Assembly: GCA_964187785.1 (NCBI GenBank)
Contig: OZ076409.1
Location: 76,324,001-76,388,000, forward strand
Reading direction: 5' to 3'
DNA from: Amphiscolops sp. MND2022
Taxonomy: Eukaryota
Length of the DNA stretch: 64,000 nucleotides
Under the pieces are notes generated by a model that was given only the letters and a program-made list of their open reading frames with translations, was not told where the DNA came from and did no database searches. Positions 49,352 through 63,401 of this stretch are shown here, piece by piece. Positions within the stretch are counted from its first letter, which is position 1. Each line of letters opens with the position of its first letter. A program made the position numbers and the translations under genes.

Positions 49352-50624
49352 GTGGCCGGAAATTTTTTTTTTCATCAAAATCTTTGCCATTGGGGGAGGG
49401 GCCCCGGATGGCCAGTAGTACGGGATAGCTTCCTACCAAATCCAGATGGAAAAAACGTGATTTTGGAAACTAGCCGTCAGAATTTGCTCAAAATTTGCAT
49501 ACGGCTTCCTATGACAATCCTAAGAACTAATCCCTACTGGCATTTTGCCCAAAAAACGCAAAAAGTTGGTCAAAATCTTAGTTTTTTGGTCAAAAAATTG
49601 CGTTTTTTCGAAAAAAAATTTTTTCAGAGACAATTACTCGTAACTGGTTCACCCAGCGCAAAAACGCCTAGCTGATTTATTGTTGGGCACTTCATGAGGA
49701 GTGCGTATACAAATTTTCGTCCAAATCGGATAAAAGTTGATTGAGAAATAACTGAAAATTTGAGGCATTTTTTTGGAAATTTTTGAAATCCCAGTCTATC
49801 TCTGCCGTTTTTTGCCCAGATTTTTTTCCAGACACTCTCCTAAAGACCTCCCCTGGCCGGTTTACCTCCCAGCAAAACCATTTGGCCCTAAATACGGAGT
49901 TTCAGCATTCCAGCAAACCCCGGGTAAAAGATAAATGACTTAGAATTTTTTCGAAAAATTTTCAAATTTTTTTTTTTTCAAATTCAGGCCTCCTAAAGTA
50001 AAGAAACTTCCACACAACTAGGATTGCAAGTGATAGCATGTGGAAAGTGCTTGAATAGACGAGAAAAATGAGCTATTATACGACTCTGTAGCTTAACCTG
50101 ACGTTGACTTATGATAATTTTAGTGTGAGCTTCGTTTGTGCTTAAAAAATTTAAAAAACCTAAAAGTCTTTTTAAGGTAATCAGGATACGTCCAATCAAC
50201 CCCAGAGCTGTTATATTGCCGTTGTGTAGTAGAGCAACACCATTTAGAGTGTTTTGACCCATTTTGACAAGTTTTGATACAGTCTTGTTCATCCAATAGC
50301 TTAAAACAGTTGAGTACATTCCATCTCCCCCCTTGTGGGGGAGATGAGAATGTACTCGCTAAAAGTCAGGTACTATAGCGCCCATTTTGTTTTATTCGAC
50401 GCTAGTGATGCTATTGCAGACGAATACAATAGTTTTGTCAAATCATGTTTGACATGATGAATCTTACTTTACCTTTAGTTTACGTTTACCTACTACTACA
50501 ACATCGCATCCCTGACGTCAACGCCACATACTCGCATCAACGCCCACCGTCCGTGGGCATGCCGAGGCATGCCCTTCGACGACGTATGCCAAATAGCGCC
50601 ACAGGGCGCAAACTTGTCCGCTAG
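49352..50624 (+). mobile_element. Non-autonomous unit, short class (1273 bp), chimeric
   Basis: Left part as in 36886; right ~330 bp as in the unit ending at 900. Confidence 0.8.
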
Positions 50625-52594
50625 GTGCGGGGGGGAAACCCCATCCCTTATCTTGGAGGATTCGGGTAGGGTCCTGAATCCGATCTTAGTTCGCCCAGCT
50701 CTCAGTAGAAATCTGGGAAATTTTTTGCGATCTCGTGATCTAACCATAGGATTTTAAAGTTGGAGCGGCCCCCACCAGATTTTCCAAAGTTATTCGCCCC
50801 CCACCGGGTTCCAGCGTGATTGAAATATTTTGACGGGGTACACGGGCGACCGTTAGGGGTCATTTTGGGGGTAAAATTTATATCCGGTCGCATAACTTTT
50901 TTCCTGTTGGATTAAAACTTTGGGACCCTACTAAAAGTTTCTTGACCGTGTTGCGGGGGCTCCGGAGGTCCAAACCAAATTTTTCTATCTTGAAGCTATC
51001 TCCAAGTACCCCCCCGCCCAAAACGTTATTTTTCCGGAAACGCAGGTTTTTGACCCGGAAGGAGTCGTCGGAGCGCGGGGTCGTTAGGTGATGTATTGGG
51101 GACGGCCTTAAGACGAAGTGGGGGACATGCAGTTTGCCAACCCCAGTTTACCCCCCGGACGGGAAATGACCGTTATATGAGCGGGAAAAATGCCCCCCTC
51201 CACGTTTTACCGCTATTTCCGGTGTGAAGGAGTGGGAGTAGCGCGTCGGGTGCCATATATCAAAAGTAGGTTTGAACAAGGAACTATCGGAAACATGTGG
51301 TTTGGGACCCCCTGGACCAACCCGTTAGCGGGAAATGGGGCTTCCGCCTCCTTTTTTTACTGCTAAAACAGTAAAATGGGCATTGAGGGGTAAATATCTC
51401 GTGAACGCGTGGAGCAATCGTGTCCATCACTACTACAAGGTTTCATACCCATGATATGGTGCCTTCAGGGGGGCAAACAGATTTCCGCTATCTATCACCG
51501 TTACCGACTTGGCCCCCCAGCCTAACCGCTATGTGACCGGAAATGTCACTTTTTGAGCCCAAAGGGTCGGTCCCAGCCGGGGAACGTTAGGTAAATTATT
51601 GTAGTACTCAATGAGACGAGTTGGGGGATATAGTTTCAGTCACCCCCCGTTACCCCTTGGGACCGGAAATGACCGTTATGTGGGTAAAATTGCAATTTTT
51701 ATACTTTTTCAAGTGTATTTAGGTGCGGAAGGAGTGGTAATAGGTGCTTGGACACTATATGAGGCAAGGGAGGACGTGAGGCGAGCATTCGGAAATAACC
51801 GTTATGTTGACCCTAAAGTCCCCCTGGTACCGTAAACGACCGGAAATGGTCAAATTTTGTGTCTATTGGGTACAAATGTTTAGTATTTTGTAGATAAAAG
51901 TATCTATTAGGTGTTTCGACGGTCTGCAGTAGTGAACATAGTCATGAAACCTTGTGGGGGGTAACGGTATATAGCACCGGAAGTCCAAACCGTTGGTGAC
52001 AGGATAGGTTTTTTGGTTTTAAAATGTCTTTCGGCGTACCTTTGTCGACTATTAAGGACTATTTTTAAAAATTAAAGATTTTCCATATAGTTTCAGAGAC
52101 CTCGAAACCTCAACCAACATAACCGTTACCTCATGATAGCCTTTCAAGTTGGCCTGGTGTCAACTTGGAAGGGCTATCCTTCAAAAATCGTCAATCAAGT
52201 GTGTTTTTGGGTATGTTTGTATCATTTTAGAATCAATTAGAGCTTCAAGAAAAGTTTCCCAACAACAAAAACTATGTCGTGAAGATTCCGTTACTAGAAT
52301 TATAGTTAGCAAATTGTTGAGAAAATTTTTTTTTCCAAATTAAATGTGTCCTAAATGCCAGGAAACCTATTTTACTAACAAATGGTATTGATTGGAATGT
52401 ATGTAACAGATTTATAAAAGTTCAAATTGATTATTAGGTTTCATTATGGAAGCTGAAACGTAATATTTTAGTTTAATTAACGTCAACGCCACACACTTTA
52501 CATCAACGCCCACCGTCTGTGGGCATGCCGAGGCATGCCCTTCGACGACGTATACCAAATACATACCTAACGACGCCCGTACATCCCGGGCTAG
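50625..52594 (+). mobile_element. Non-autonomous unit, long class (1970 bp)
   Basis: Same architecture. Confidence 0.8.
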
Positions 52595-54569
52595 GTGCGG
52601 GGGGGTAACCCCAACAAAATTTTTGGAGGATTCGGGTAGGGTCCTGAATCCGATTTCAACTCTAATAGCTATCGATAGGAAATCTTGCAAAAATTTCGGG
52701 ATCTCGTGATCTAACCATAGGATTTTAAAGTTGGAGCGGCCCCCACCAGATTTTCCAAAGTTATTCGCCCCCCACCGGGTTCCAGCGTGATTGAAATATT
52801 TTGACGGGGTACATGGGCGACCGTTAGGGGTCATTTTGGGGGTAAAATTTATATCCGGTCGCATAACTTTTTTCCTGTTGGTTTAAAACTTTGGGACCCT
52901 GCTAAAAGTTTCTTGACCGTGTTGCGGTGGCTCCGGAGGTCCAAACAAAATTTTTCTATCTTGAAGCTATCTCCAAGTACCCCCCCGCCCAAACCGTTAT
53001 TTTTCCGGAAACGCAGGTTTTTGACCCGGAAGGAGTCGTCTGAGCGCGGGGTCGTTAGGTGATGTATTGGGGACGGCCTTGAGACGAAGCGGGGGACATG
53101 TAGTTTGCCAACCTCACTTTACCCCCCGGACGGGAAATGACCGTTATATGAGCGGGAAAAATGCCCCCCTCCACGTTTTACCGCTATTTCCGGTGTGAAG
53201 GAGTGGGAGTAGCGCGTCGGGTGTTATATAACAAAAGTAGGTTTAGACAAGGACCTAACGGAAACATGTAGTTTGGGACCCTCTGGACCAACCCGTTAGC
53301 GGGAAATGGCGCTTCCGCTTCCTTTTTTTACTGCTAAAACCGTAAAATGGGCATTGAGGGGTAAATATCTCGTGAACGCGTGGAGCAATCGTGTCCATCA
53401 CTACTACAAGGTTTCATACCCATGATATGGTGCCTTCAGGGGGGCAAACAGATTTCCGCTATCTATCACCGTTACGGACTTGGCCCCCCAGCCTAACCGC
53501 TATGTGACCGGAAATGTCACTTTTTGAGCCCAAAGGGTCGGTCCCAGCTAGGGAACGTTAGGTAACTTATTGTAGTACTCAATGAGACGAGTTGGGGGAC
53601 ATAGTTTCAGTCACCCCCCGTTACCCCTTGGGACCGGAAATGACCGTTATGTGGGTAAATTTGCATTTTTTATACTCTTTGAAGTGCATTTATGTGCGGA
53701 AGGAGTGGTAATAGGTGCTTGGACACTATATGAGGTAAGGGAGGACGTGAGGCGAACATTCGGAAATAACCGTTATGTTGACCCTAAAGTCCCCCTGGTA
53801 CCGGAAGTGACCCGTAATGGTCAAATTTTGTGTTCAAAGGGTACAAATGTTTGGTGTTTTATGGATAACAGTGCCTATTAGGTGTTTCGACGGTCTGCAG
53901 TCGTGAACATAGTCATGAAACCTTGTGGGGGGTAACGGTATATAGCACCGGAAGTCCAAACCTTTGGAGAAAGGATAAGTTTTTTGGTTTTAAAATGTCT
54001 TTCGGCCTACTTTTGTCGACTATTATGGTCTATTTTTGAAAAATAAAGTTTTTCCATATAGTTTCAGAGACTCCGAAACCTCAACCAACATAACCGTTAC
54101 GTTATGATAGCCTTTCAAGTTGGCCTGGTGTCAACTTGGAAGGGCTATCCTTCAAAAATCATTAATCAAGTGTGCTTTTGAGTATGTTTGTATTACTTTA
54201 GAATCAATTAGAGCTTCAAGACAAGTTTGCCAACGACAAAAACTATGTCGTGATGATTCCGTTATTAGAATAATGGTTAAGAAAATGTTGATAAATTTGA
54301 TTTTTTACATTTCAAATGTGTCCTAAATGCCAGGAAACCTCTTTACCAAACAAATGGTATTGAGTGAATTGTATATAACAGCTAATAAAAGTTCAAATTG
54401 AATATTACGTTTCATTTTGGAAGCTGAAACGTCATATTGTAGTTTAATTAACGTCAACGCCACATACTTTACATCAACGCCCACCGTCCGTAGGCATGCC
54501 GAGGCATGCCTTTCGACGACGTATACCAGATTCCACCCACACAACACCCCCGAGCGCGGTAGCAGCTAG
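52595..54569 (+). mobile_element. Non-autonomous unit, long class (1975 bp)
   Basis: Same architecture; right half as in 28148-30121. Confidence 0.8.
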
Positions 54570-55959
54570 GTGGTCGGGGCGGTCCCCAGAACGCACATGG
54601 AGGCGCGGGGAGGGTCCTGCGCCGACGTAGAATAATTTCATAAAATACTATTATCCTACATGGGTGTTTTGGAAGCGATTTTGGAACCTACCCGTCAGAT
54701 TTGGATAATTTTTTGCATGCAGCCATAACTCAAAATTCTAAGAACTTTTTCTTTCTGTCATTTTCCCCGCAAATTGTTTTTTGTTGACTTATGGCCAAAA
54801 AACCGGAAATAACGTCCTTTTTAGACGTTATATCCGAAGTGTCGTCATAACTTTTTTCCAGGGCATGCTAGCGTTCTCCTTCACTTTTACACTTTGTTTT
54901 AGCATCTCAAAATACAACTGGTGGAAAATTTTGGTTGCATTCGGATCACCCCCCACCGAGATAGAAGGGTTCCCCCCTCCAGTTTTACCCCCCAAAATTG
55001 AGAAAATACCAATTTTGAGCATGAAGCCGTGGATTTAGCGAATCCTCACCCCCCTGATGTTTTGTCGGACATGTTAGGGTCAATCTGGTGACATGTGTGG
55101 TTTTCACCCCCAACCCCCCCTGGGACCGGAAATGACACTTTTTTGTGTTTTTTGACAAAAATGAGCCTTTTTGATCAGTAGGGAGTCGTTTTTGGGCCTC
55201 CTAGCAGGATATCGAAGTTGAAATACAACTTGATCACAACCCAGTGACAACATGTTGGCCAGTTGCAGGTACCATCATGACCGGAAGTGGGGTCAAACCC
55301 CCCTTTTTGTGACCGCTTTTTGACCTTGTGCACCAAAATGCCAACAACTTGAGGCCTAATGACGCATTCAAATCTGTACAAAGATAGAACGTTAGACAAC
55401 GGAAGTCCCGCAAGCTCTTTAGCATATACCGGAAATTACCCCCCATGACCGGAAGTTGTCCAATGTGACCGGAAATGGCCCAAAAATTTATGTAAAGTTA
55501 CTTTTTTCACTATTTGAAGACCTTTTCGTTGAACATTTTCAATCTCAAAACTAGCGTACTAGCTTGTGGCGTTGAATTTATGGAAATTGATGAGCTTTAT
55601 CACCCCCGATAGCCTTCGAAGTTGACCTTGCGTCAACTTTGGAGGCTATCGATTCTGAAAATGAATAACAAAGTACAATGTTGCTCTCGTTTTTTTTCTG
55701 TTGTTTTTCCTCAAACATTCTTGAGACATATTCATGGCTGTTAGTTGGAATCAATAATTTAGACCATGTTATGGCGGGAGTAGCGAAGCGTTACACAGGC
55801 TAGTGTGGTTTTGAAATTACAATTTTTAAAATAACAAATGACCGTCTTAGTCAACGCCACACTTTCATACCAACGCCCACCGTCTGTGGGCATGCCGAGG
55901 CATGCCCTTCGACGACGTATGACGAATCCACTTAAACGACGCCCGCAGTCCTTAGCTAG
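54570..55959 (+). mobile_element. Non-autonomous unit, middle class (1390 bp)
   Basis: Diverged relative of 7286-8682; GATAGCC hairpin 55608-55650. Confidence 0.8.
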
Positions 55960-57245
55960 GTGGCCGGAAATTTTTTTTTCAGCAAAATCTTTGCCATTGG
56001 GGGAGGGGCCCCGGATGGCCAGTAGTACGGGATAGCTTCCTACCAAATCCAGATGGAAAAAACGTGATTTTGGAAACTAGCCGTCAGAATTTGCTCAAAA
56101 TTTGCATACGGCTTCCTATGACAATCCTAAGAACTAATCCCTACTGGCATTTTGCCCAAAAAACGCAAAAAGTTGGTCAAAATCTTAGTTTTTTGGTCAA
56201 AAAATGGCAATTTTTCGAAAAAAATTTTTTTCAGAGACAATTACTCGTAACTGGTTCACCCAGCGCAAAAACGCCTAGCTGATTTATTGTTGGGCACTTC
56301 ATGAGGAGTGCGTATACAAATTTTTGTCCAGATCGGAAAAAAATTGACTAAGTATTAGCCGGAATTCGAACGCATTTTTTCGCAAATTTTTGAAAACCTA
56401 GTCTATCTCTGCCGTTTTTTGCCCAGATTTTTTTCCAGGTCCTCTCCTAAAGGCCTCCCCTGGCCGGTTTACTTCCCAGAAAAACCAATTGGCCCTAAAT
56501 ACGGAGTTTCAGCGTTCTAGCATTCCCGGGCGAAAAGATGTGGGACTTAGAAAAAATTCAAAATTTTTCAAAAAATTTTTTTTTCGTTTTCCGGCCCCCA
56601 ATGAAGGGGAACGACCCCCCAACGAGGATTTTTGGTGAATTCACGTGGAAAGGCCTTGTTTTGTGGAGCAAATTGCCGTTTAGAGCAACTTTTTATCTTA
56701 ACTTGACGTTGACCTCTGTCGTTTTGAATTTGATATTAGTATGTGTTGAGCATGTGAAAAGTTGATGATTTCAGTTGTTCTCTCGTGTTCAAGCCATTGA
56801 GATACAAGCGGTAGTGGTCAAAATGTGATTTATCGCAATTTGATGGTGCTTTTGGTGTATTTTGATTCTTTTAAATAAAAAGTTGTTCTTTATATATTTG
56901 GTGTATTGATTCAAATGAACAAGAAACAGTTGAGTACATTTCATCTCCCCCCTTGTGGGGGAGATGAGGATGTACCCGCTAAATGACACGCACAATGGCC
57001 CAATTTTATTTTTATGCGACATTTTCTAGGCTTTTGCGCAAGCCCACTAAAATTTAGACTGGTTTCCTTTTCTTTTACTCCAAAATTTTCCGTACTAACC
57101 ACCTTACGCACCACCAGCTCAACGTAACACCTGTAACGTCAACGCCACACACTCTCACTAACGCCCACCGTCCGTGGGCATGCCGAGGCATGCCCTTCGA
57201 CGACGTATGCCAAATAGCGCCACAGGGCGCAAACATTCCCGCTAG
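55960..57245 (+). mobile_element. Non-autonomous unit, short class (1286 bp)
   Basis: Same architecture. Confidence 0.8.
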
Positions 57246-59238
57246 GTGCGGGGGGGAAACCCCTTCCTTTATCTTGGAGGATTCGGGTAGGGTCCTGAAT
57301 CCGATTTTAGTTCGCCCAGCTCTCAGTAGAAATCTGGGAAATTTTTTGCGATCTCGTGATCTAACCATAGGATTTTAAAGTTGGAGCGGCCCCCACCAGA
57401 TTTTCCAAAGTTATTCGCCCCCCACCGGGTTCCAGCGTGATTGAAATATTTTGACGGGGTACACGGGCGACCGTTAGGGGTCATTTTGGGGGTAAAATTT
57501 ATAAAAGTTCGCATAACTTTTTTCCTGTTGGTTTAAAACTTTAGGACCCTGCTAAAAGTTTCTTGACCATGTTGCAGGGGCCCCGGAGGTCCAAACCAAA
57601 TTTTTCTATCTTGAAGCTATCTCCAAGTACCCCCCCGCCCAAACCGTTATTTTTCCGGAAACGCCGGTTTTTGACCCGGAAGGAGTCGTCTGAGCGCGGG
57701 GTCGTTAGGTGATGTATTGGGGACGGCCTTGAGACGAAGCGGGGGATATATAGTTTGCCGACCCCAGTTTACCCCCCGCACGGGAAATGACCGTTATATG
57801 AGCGGGAAAAATGCCCCCCTCCACGTTTTACCGCTATTTCCGGTGTGAAGGAGTGGGAGTAGCGCGTCGGGTGTTATATAACAAAAGTAGGTTTAGACAA
57901 GGACCTATCGGAAACATGTAGTTTGGGACCCCCTGGTCCAACCCGTTAGCGGGAAATGGGGCTTCCGCCTCCTTTTTTTACTGCTAAAACCGTAAAATGG
58001 GCATTGAGGGGTAAATATCTCGTGAACGCGTGGAGCAATCGTGTCCATCACTACTACAAGGTTTCATACCCATGATATGGTGCCTTCAGGGGGGCAAACA
58101 GATTTCCGCTATCTATCACCGTTACCGACTTGGCCCCCCAGCCTAACCGCTATGTGACCGGAAATGTCACTTTTTGAGCCCAAAGGGTCGGTCCCAGCCG
58201 GGGAACGTTAGGTAACTTATTGTAGTACTCAATGAGACGAGTTGGGGGATATAGTTTCAGTCACCCCCCGTTACCCCTTGGGACCGGAAATGACCGTTAT
58301 GTGGGTAAAATTGCCATTTTTGTCCTATTTGGAGGGCATTTAGATGCGGAAGGAGTGGTAATAGGTGCTTGGACACTATATGATGTAAAAGAGGACGTGA
58401 TGCGAGCATTCGAAATTAACCGTTATGTTGACCCCTAAGTCCCCCTGGTACCGTAAATGACCGGAAATGGTCTAATTTTGTGTTTATTGGGTACAAATGT
58501 TTGGTATTTTATGAGTTAAAGTACATGGAAGGTGTTTCAAAGGCCTCCAGAAGTGAACATCGTCATGAAACCTTGTGGGGGGTAACGGTATATAACACCG
58601 GAAGTCCAAACCGTTGGTCACAGAATAGGTTTTTTGTTTTCAAAATGTCTTTAGGTGTAGTTTTATGGGTTGAATCGTCATAATATCAACTATTACGGAC
58701 ATTTTTCGGAAAAAAAATTTTTTCACATTAGTTTCAGAGACCTCCAATGCTTCAGTCAACATAACCGTTACATTTTGATAGCCTTTCAAGTTGGCCTGGC
58801 GTCAACTTGGAAGGGCTATCCTTCTAAAATCGTTAATCAAGAGTGTTTTTGGGTAGGTATATGTTGCATTAGTACCAATTAGAGCTTCATCAACAGTTTG
58901 CCAACGGCAAAAACGATGTCGTGATAATTCCGTTATAAGAATATTAATTAAAAAATTGTTTACAAAGTTGATTTTTTTCATTTAAAATGTGTCCTAATGC
59001 CACCAAATTGAATAAAATAATAAATGGTATTGACTAAAACTAAATAACATTGAAAAAGAAGATCAACATTTTTATTAGGTCTCATTATGGAAGCTGAAAC
59101 CTCACGTTTTAACTTGATTAACGTCAACGCCACATACTTTACATCAACGCCCACCGTCTGTGGGCATGCCGAGGCATGCCCTTCGACGACGTATACCAAA
59201 CAACCTCCATATCTACACCCAATTGCGGTAGCAGCTAG
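57246..59238 (+). mobile_element. Non-autonomous unit, long class (1993 bp)
   Basis: Same architecture. Confidence 0.8.
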
Positions 59239-61426
59239 GTGGAGGTTATTTTATAATAATTAAAGTGTTTTTTTCCGGAGTTTGTGGCTTTGGAAAAAAC
59301 AAAAGGCGAGAAATTGGGCACTCCGGGCTGAACCGTATACACTCAAAATTCGCCCAATATTTATACGATCTCGAAACCCAGCCGTACGATTTGGCTGAAA
59401 ATTTGCATGCGGCTAAAAAATCAGATTCTAAGAACTATTTCCTGCTGACATTTTTTTGAAATTTTTGTGTACGTTTCCCCCCCGCCCCCTAAAGGGGTCA
59501 ATTTTCCCCAATTTTGCACTTATGAGCCAAATTCTCAAAACTGGTGGATCTGAGCGTATTCCCGGCGGGGACAACTTTTAACGCGCGCTCCTCAGTAGAC
59601 CTTTTTGACTTTTAACTTTGGTGGTACGTTCACCCCCCGAGGAGGAAATGGCGTTTTTGTGACTTCCGGTCGAGGCTTTTTTCACCCAAAAAATAGAATT
59701 AAGCCAATTTTGAGCAGGAAGGAGTGGATTTAAAGTGCCTGTACCCTGCTAAAAATTTGTTGGGCTTGTAGCGATATATCTCATACCAAGTCTGGTCTTC
59801 ACCCCCAAACCCCCCTTGGGACCAAAATTCACCCAAACTTTTTTTACCTCTGTTTGTAGTTTTTTTTTGCAAAATGTCGTCATTTCCATGGGTAAGGAGT
59901 TGAATTAGGGGCTCCTAATAGGGTACCAATGTTCAAGTACACTTGCAGTGCAACTGAGTGACCCTTTTGGGGCCTCTCCTGTGTTCGGCGAGGACCGGAA
60001 GTGGTGTAAACCCCCCTTTTTTGACGTTTGTTGACCTTGAGACTCGCGCTTAGATGACGTTTATGTCGCGCAAATCCTACAAACCAGTATTAGGATGACA
60101 TGCTAGCCTACTAGAGAGCACTAAGGGAAACTATACTATACCGGAAGTAACCCCCCGTGACCGGAAGTTGTCATTTTTGACCGGAAATGGTCCAAAACAT
60201 AGCGTAAAAGCAGTTTTCATTGCTTTTAAAGTCAACTTATTACTTTTTTCAGTCTGCGCGAGCTTGTCTTCAGATTCGTTTTTGTTGTCCGTGCACACTA
60301 CAACAAATATACATCTGTAGAACTTTTGCTATAATATCGTCGGAGAGAGAAATAACGGGTTTTCGGAATTTTTTTCAAAAATGTTTGTCTATATCTATCA
60401 TTTTTACCCAACGTTATTCAACAGTAGAACCACAGGGGTTAGTATCTGCCAAAATATATGCCTAACAAAACCACTCGTCCCATTGGTTGCAGTTTGAGCG
60501 TTCTAGCTTTGCCTGGTCACAAGTTGAGGGACTTCAAAAAGTTTCAAATTTTTTTGGAAAATTTTTTTTAAACGTCACGTCTCCCAAAGTTAAGAATTTT
60601 CCACACAACTAGGATTGCAAGAGAATGCACATGGTAAGACCTATAAATGGAGAGAAAAATTCCGTTCAGAACGTCTCTTTATCGTTACGTGACGTTAAAA
60701 GATGTTGCTTTGAATGTGAATTTGATAATGCGTCGAGAAGTAAAAGAGTGTGAATGGATCCTATGTCTCGACAAATACTCATCGCAATACATACGATGAA
60801 CCCCAATTACCCTCACTTTCAGTTGGCTAGTACATCAGCGTCTTCCAAGGACCGTTTACCTATTTAAAAATTGTCAAATTCATTATTAATATCAGTTAGC
60901 AAGAAATATTTGAGTACATTGTCATCTCTCCCCATCGGGTGAGATGAGAATGTTCTTGCTAAAAGTCAAGTACTACGGCCCATTTTTGTTTTATTGCGAC
61001 GTTTTCTGTGCCTTAGCACAAGGATACTTTTATGTCATCTCACTTTTGTTATACAATCTGACTTGTTGTTATAAAATTCTCGTCATTACTTTACCTAAAC
61101 TTACTACCATGCATCTTTAACGTCAAAGCCAAATTCATTTAGACGCCCACCATTCCGTAGGTATGCCGAGGTATGCCTTTCGAAGAAGTATGGCAAAACA
61201 CAAACGGGCAAATGAAAAGGGCTGAAATTCAGAAACAGTCACAAACAATTTTGACTATTTGACCGATGGTAGGTTTTTATATGGAACTTACACATCACTG
61301 ACATTTCAAAACATTCCAGCTGACGCCCACTTACAAACATCAACGCCCACGGTCCGTGGGCATGCCGAGGCGTGCCCTTCGACGACGTATGGCAAATACC
61401 TTTTACGACGTCCCAACTTTCCCTAG
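59239..61426 (+). mobile_element. Composite non-autonomous unit (2188 bp) with two right-end cores
   Basis: Middle-class-like left half and diverged short-class right half; degenerate core ~61118-61191, intact core ~61340-61390. Confidence 0.75.
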
Positions 61427-63401
61427 GTGCGGGGGGGAAACCCCAACAAAGATATTGGAGGATTCGGGTAGGGTCCTGAATCCGATCTTAGTACCGCCAG
61501 CTATCAGTAGAAAATTTCCCTCGAAAACCGGGATCTCGGGAACTAACCGTAGGATTTGAAAGTTGGAGCGGCCCCCACCAGATTTTCCCGAATAGATCGC
61601 CCCCCACCGGGCTCCATACCCCGGAAAATTTTTTTTTGGCCACACGGGCGACAGTTAGGGGGTCATTTTAGGGGTAAAATTCATATTGGTCCATATAACT
61701 TTTTTCCTGTTGGTTTAAAAGTTTGGGAACCCTGCTAAAGGTTTTTCGACCATGTTGCAAGGGCTCCGGAGGTGCAAACCAAATTTTTCTATCTTGAAGC
61801 TATCTCCAAGTACCCCCCCGCTCAAACCGTTATTTTTCCGGAAACGCAGGTTTTTGACCCGGAAGGAGTCGTCTGAGCGCGGGGTCGTTAGGTGATGTTT
61901 TGGGGACGGCCTTGAGACAAAGTGGGGGACAAGTAGTTTGCCAACCTCAATTTACCCCCCGGACGGGAAATGACCGTTATATGAGCGTGAAAAATGCCCC
62001 CCTCCACGTTTTACCGCTATTTCCGGTGTGAAGGTGTGGGAGTAGCGCGTCGGGTGCCATATATCAAAAGTAGGTTTAGACAAGGATCTATCAAAAACAT
62101 GTGGTTTGGGACCCCCTGATCCAACCCGTTAGCGGGAAATGGGGCTTCCGCCTCCTTTTTTTTCGGTTAAAAACGGAAAATGGGCATTGAGGGGTAAATA
62201 TCTCGTGAACGTGTGGAGCTACGGTGTCCTTCACTACTACAAGGTTTCATACCCATGATATGGTGCCTTCAGGGGGGCAAACAGATTTCCGCTATCTATC
62301 ACCGTTACGGACTTGGCCCCCCAGCCTAACCGCTATGTGACCGGAAATGTCACTTTTTGAGCCCAAAGGGTCGGTCCCAGCCAGGGAACGTTAGATAACT
62401 TTTTGTAGTACTCATTGAGACGAGTTGGGGGACATAGTTTCAGTCACCCCCCGTTACCCCTTGTGACCGGAAATGACCGTTATGTGAGTAAAATTGGGAT
62501 TTTTGTACTTTTTGAAGGGCAATTAGGTGCGGAAGGAGTGGTAATAGGTGCTTGGACACTATATGATGGAATGGAGGACGTGAGGCGAACATTCAGACAT
62601 AACCGTTATGTTGACCCTAAAGTCCCCCTGGTACCGTAAACGACCGGAAATGGTCAAATTTTGTGTCTATTGGGTACAAATGTTTGGTATTTTGTAAATA
62701 AAAGTATCTATTAGGTGTTTCGACGGTCTGCAGTAGTGAACATAGTCATGAAACCTTGTGGGGGGTAACGGTATATAGCACCGGAAGTCCAAAACGTTAG
62801 AGACGGGATAGGTTTTTCCGTTTTAAAATGTCTTTCGGCGTACTTTTGTCAACTAATATGGAATATTTTTTAAAATTAAAGTTTTTCCATATAGTTTCAG
62901 AGACTCCCAAACCTCAAACAACATAACCGTTACCTTATGATAGCCTTTCAAGTTGGCCTGGTGTCAACTTGGAAGGGCTATCCTTCAAAAATCGTTGATC
63001 AAGTGTGTTTTTGGGTATGTTTGAATCATTTTAGAATCAATTAGAGCTTCAAGAAATGTTTGCCAACGACAAAAACTATGTCGTGATGATTCCGTTATTA
63101 GAGTGATAGTTAACAAAATATTGATTAAGTTGATTTTTTACATTTCAAAAGTGTCCTAAAAGCCAGAAAACCTCTTTACCAAACAAATGGTATTGATTGG
63201 ATTGTATATAACAGGTAATAAAAGTTCAAATTGATTATTACGTTTTATTATGTAAGCTGAAACGTCATATTATAGTTTAATTAACGTCAACGCCACATAC
63301 TTTACATCAACGCCCACCGTCTGTGGGCATGCCGAGGCATGCCCTTCGACGACGTATACCAAACACCTTTAATATCTACACCCACCCGCGGTAGCAGCTA
63401 G
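61427..63401 (+). mobile_element. Non-autonomous unit, long class (1975 bp)
   Basis: Same architecture. Confidence 0.8.

Noticed and set aside
790..63401. CRISPR array (conserved palindromic repeat plus variable segment)
   Set aside because: Repeats are 1.3-2 kb apart, the variable tails recur and are related to each other, there are no cas genes, and the context is eukaryotic.
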